Source: Stellaceae bacterium
GTDB taxonomy: Bacteria; Pseudomonadota; Alphaproteobacteria; ATCC43930; CGMCC-115725
Assembly (NCBI GenBank): GCA_035263705.1
Contig: DATFRA010000285.1
Location: 1-60,201, forward strand
Length of the DNA: 60,201 bases
Reading direction: 5' to 3'
Position numbers and translations under genes: made by a program. Below the pieces are notes generated by a model. It was given only the letters and a program-made list of their open reading frames with translations. It ran no database searches and was not told the origin of the DNA. The number at the start of each line of letters is the position of its first letter. Position 1 is the stretch's first letter. Below are positions 58,348-60,201 of the stretch, in pieces.

Positions 58348-59978
58348 TGGCCGAGCCTCTTCTCACTATCCGAGACCTCTCCGTCGCCTTCGAGACGGCG
58401 GGCCAGCGCGTCGAGGCGGTGAAGCGGGTCTCGCTCGATATCGGTAAGGGCGAAACGTTGGCGCTTGTCGGCGAGAGCGGGTCCGGGAAGTCGGTGACGG
58501 CACTCTCGGTCCTGCAGCTCCTGCCTTATCCGCTGGCGCGCCACACGCCGGAGACCCGCATCCTGTTCGAGGGCGAGGATCTCGTGCGGGCCTCGCCGCG
58601 CCAGCTGCAGGCGATCCGCGGCGGCCGTGTCGCCATGGTGTTCCAGGAGCCCATGACCTCGCTCAATCCGCTCCACACCGTCGAGAAGCAGATCGCGGAG
58701 ACGCTCCTGCTCCACAAGGGGATGCGCGGACCCGCCGCGCGGGCGCGCGTGATCGAGCTGCTGCGGCTGGTGGGATTGCCGGAAGCGGAGAAGCGCCTCG
58801 ACGCCTATCCGCACCAGCTTTCGGGTGGCCAGCGCCAGCGCATCATGATCGCCATGGCGCTCGCGAACGAGCCCGACCTCCTGATCGCCGACGAGCCCAC
58901 CACAGCGCTCGACGTCACCATCCAGGCACAGATCCTGAAGCTGCTGCGAGACCTGCAGGAGCGCTTCGGCATGGCGCTCTTGCTGATCACGCACGATCTC
59001 ACCATCGTGCAGAAGGTCGCGACCCGTGTCGCCGTGATGACCAGGGGCGAGATCGTCGAGACCGGCGTGACGGCCGAGGTCTTCGCGCAGCCCCAACATC
59101 CCTATACGCGGCATCTCCTGGAGTCCGCCCCCAAGGGTCAGCCTGTCCGGCACACGAAGACGCCGCCAGTCTTGCTGCAGGCCAAGGGCTTCAAGGTCTG
59201 GTTCCCGATCCGTACGGGCGTGCTGCGTCGGACCACAGGCTACGTGAAGGCGGTCGACGGAATCGACGTCACCGTGCGCGAGGGCGAGACCTTGGGCGTG
59301 GTCGGCGAGTCCGGGTCGGGCAAGACGACGCTGGGCCTCGGCCTGCTGCGCCTCCTCAAGAGCGAGGGTGCCATCGTCTATGACGGCAAGCGCCTCGACC
59401 CGCTCGGCACCGGCGCCATGCGGCCGCTCCGCCGCGAGATCCAGATCGTATTCCAGGACCCATTCTCGAGCCTGTCGCCGCGGCTCTCGATCGGCCAGAT
59501 CGTGGAGGAGGGCCTCAAAGTCCACCGCATCGGCGAGACGCCGAAGGCGCGCCGCGCGCTCATCGAGGATGCGCTGACCTCGGTCGGGCTCGATCCCGCC
59601 ACGATCGACCGCTATCCCCACGAGTTCTCCGGCGGCCAGCGCCAGCGCGTCGCGATCGCCCGCGCGCTGGTGCTGAAGCCGCGGCTCCTGGTGCTGGACG
59701 AACCCACCTCCGCGCTCGACATGTCCGTGCAGGCGCAGATGGTGGACCTGCTGCGCGACCTGCAGGCGCGTCACAGCCTCGCCTACATCTTCATCAGCCA
59801 CGACCTCCGCGTGGTGCGCGCGCTCGCCCGCGAGGTGCTGGTGATGAAGGATGGCGTCGTCGTGGAGAGCGGCGACTCCGCGGCCATCTTCGAACGTCCA
59901 CAACACCCCTACACCCGCGCCCTCATGGCCGCCGCCTTCGAGATCAAGGCGGAGGAGACGGGCGCGGTGCGGACGTAG
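58347..59978 (+). CDS. yejF: Peptide ABC transporter, fused double ATP-binding protein YejF
   Basis: Two complete ATPase cassettes (GESGSGKS x2, LSGGQRQR x2). ATG overlaps the yejE stop (TGATG). Confidence 0.9.
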   Translation: MAEPLLTIRDLSVAFETAGQRVEAVKRVSLDIGKGETLALVGESGSGKSVTALSVLQLLPYPLARHTPETRILFEGEDLVRASPRQLQAIRGGRVAMVFQEPMTSLNPLHTVEKQIAETLLLHKGMRGPAARARVIELLRLVGLPEAEKRLDAYPHQLSGGQRQRIMIAMALANEPDLLIADEPTTALDVTIQAQILKLLRDLQERFGMALLLITHDLTIVQKVATRVAVMTRGEIVETGVTAEVFAQPQHPYTRHLLESAPKGQPVRHTKTPPVLLQAKGFKVWFPIRTGVLRRTTGYVKAVDGIDVTVREGETLGVVGESGSGKTTLGLGLLRLLKSEGAIVYDGKRLDPLGTGAMRPLRREIQIVFQDPFSSLSPRLSIGQIVEEGLKVHRIGETPKARRALIEDALTSVGLDPATIDRYPHEFSGGQRQRVAIARALVLKPRLLVLDEPTSALDMSVQAQMVDLLRDLQARHSLAYIFISHDLRVVRALAREVLVMKDGVVVESGDSAAIFERPQHPYTRALMAAAFEIKAEETGAVRT

Positions 59979-59997
59979 CAGGCTGCATCGTTATCCA

Positions 59998-60114
59998 TGC
60001 ATCCTTCGACTCACGCGCTGACGCGCGTGGCTCAGGATGAGGAGCATGTGTAATGGCACAAAGAAAAGCCCTCATCCTGAGCCAGGCCCGAAGGGCCTGA
60101 GCCGAAGGAGGCAC
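59998..60114. repeat. Nested-palindrome intergenic element, type 1, copy D (inverted relative to copy C)
   Basis: tgcatccttcgactc...ggctcaggatgagg / cctcatcctgagcc aggcccgaagggcct gagccgaaggaggca. The apical loop contains aatggcacaaagaa. Confidence 0.8.
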
Positions 60115-60201
60115 GATTTCCCTCCCGCGGGATCTTCGCCTAGAGTGCGGGTCATCAGTTGGGTGTCTCATGGTCCTGTTGTACCGGTCGCAGTCCGATC
60201 C

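Noticed and set aside
59944-60171. 75-aa ORF on the minus strand at the right edge
   Set aside because: It is read through palindromic element copy D (...PPSAQALRAWLRMRAF...), the same spurious peptide type generated by the other copies.

Overview
This is a high-GC chromosomal segment that looks alphaproteobacterial (Hyphomicrobiales/Rhizobiales-like gene order and repeat types). It is densely packed with about 65 genes, mostly core housekeeping. These include argF-argD, recX, the rpmH-rnpA-yidD-yidC-yihA-argB block, dapD-dapE, truA-fmt-(DUF3124)-def, rmuC, recR-ybaB-dnaX with the SRP RNA upstream, nudC, pheA, kdsB, a membrane cytochrome c and yejABEF. I saw no CRISPR array, integrase, transposase or prophage genes. 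All protein calls are motif or family recognition by eye from the supplied translations, and start codons were refined by hand using SD sequences and overlaps. No searches were run.

The non-routine content is:
1. A perfect 118-bp direct duplication of the argF 3' end brackets a visibly AT-richer one-gene insert encoding a lipocalin-like protein, at the left edge of the window.
2. A family of about 115-bp nested-palindrome intergenic elements has four copies, and there is one copy of a second palindromic type.
3. A CyaC-like membrane di-heme/2Fe-2S adenylate cyclase is transcribed divergently from a tightly coupled gldA/gldF/gldG-like ABC + DUF4340 + DUF1289 operon.
4. A decayed islet with a 5'-truncated vapC lies at the 3' end of tRNA-Arg(ACG).
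5. A DUF3124-like secreted-protein gene sits between def and fmt.
6. An ArsR-linked acyl-CoA ligase / crotonase / hotdog-thioesterase cassette is present.
7. A translationally coupled disulfide oxidoreductase + TVP38/DedA pair is present.

None of these is demonstrably a new system from sequence alone.
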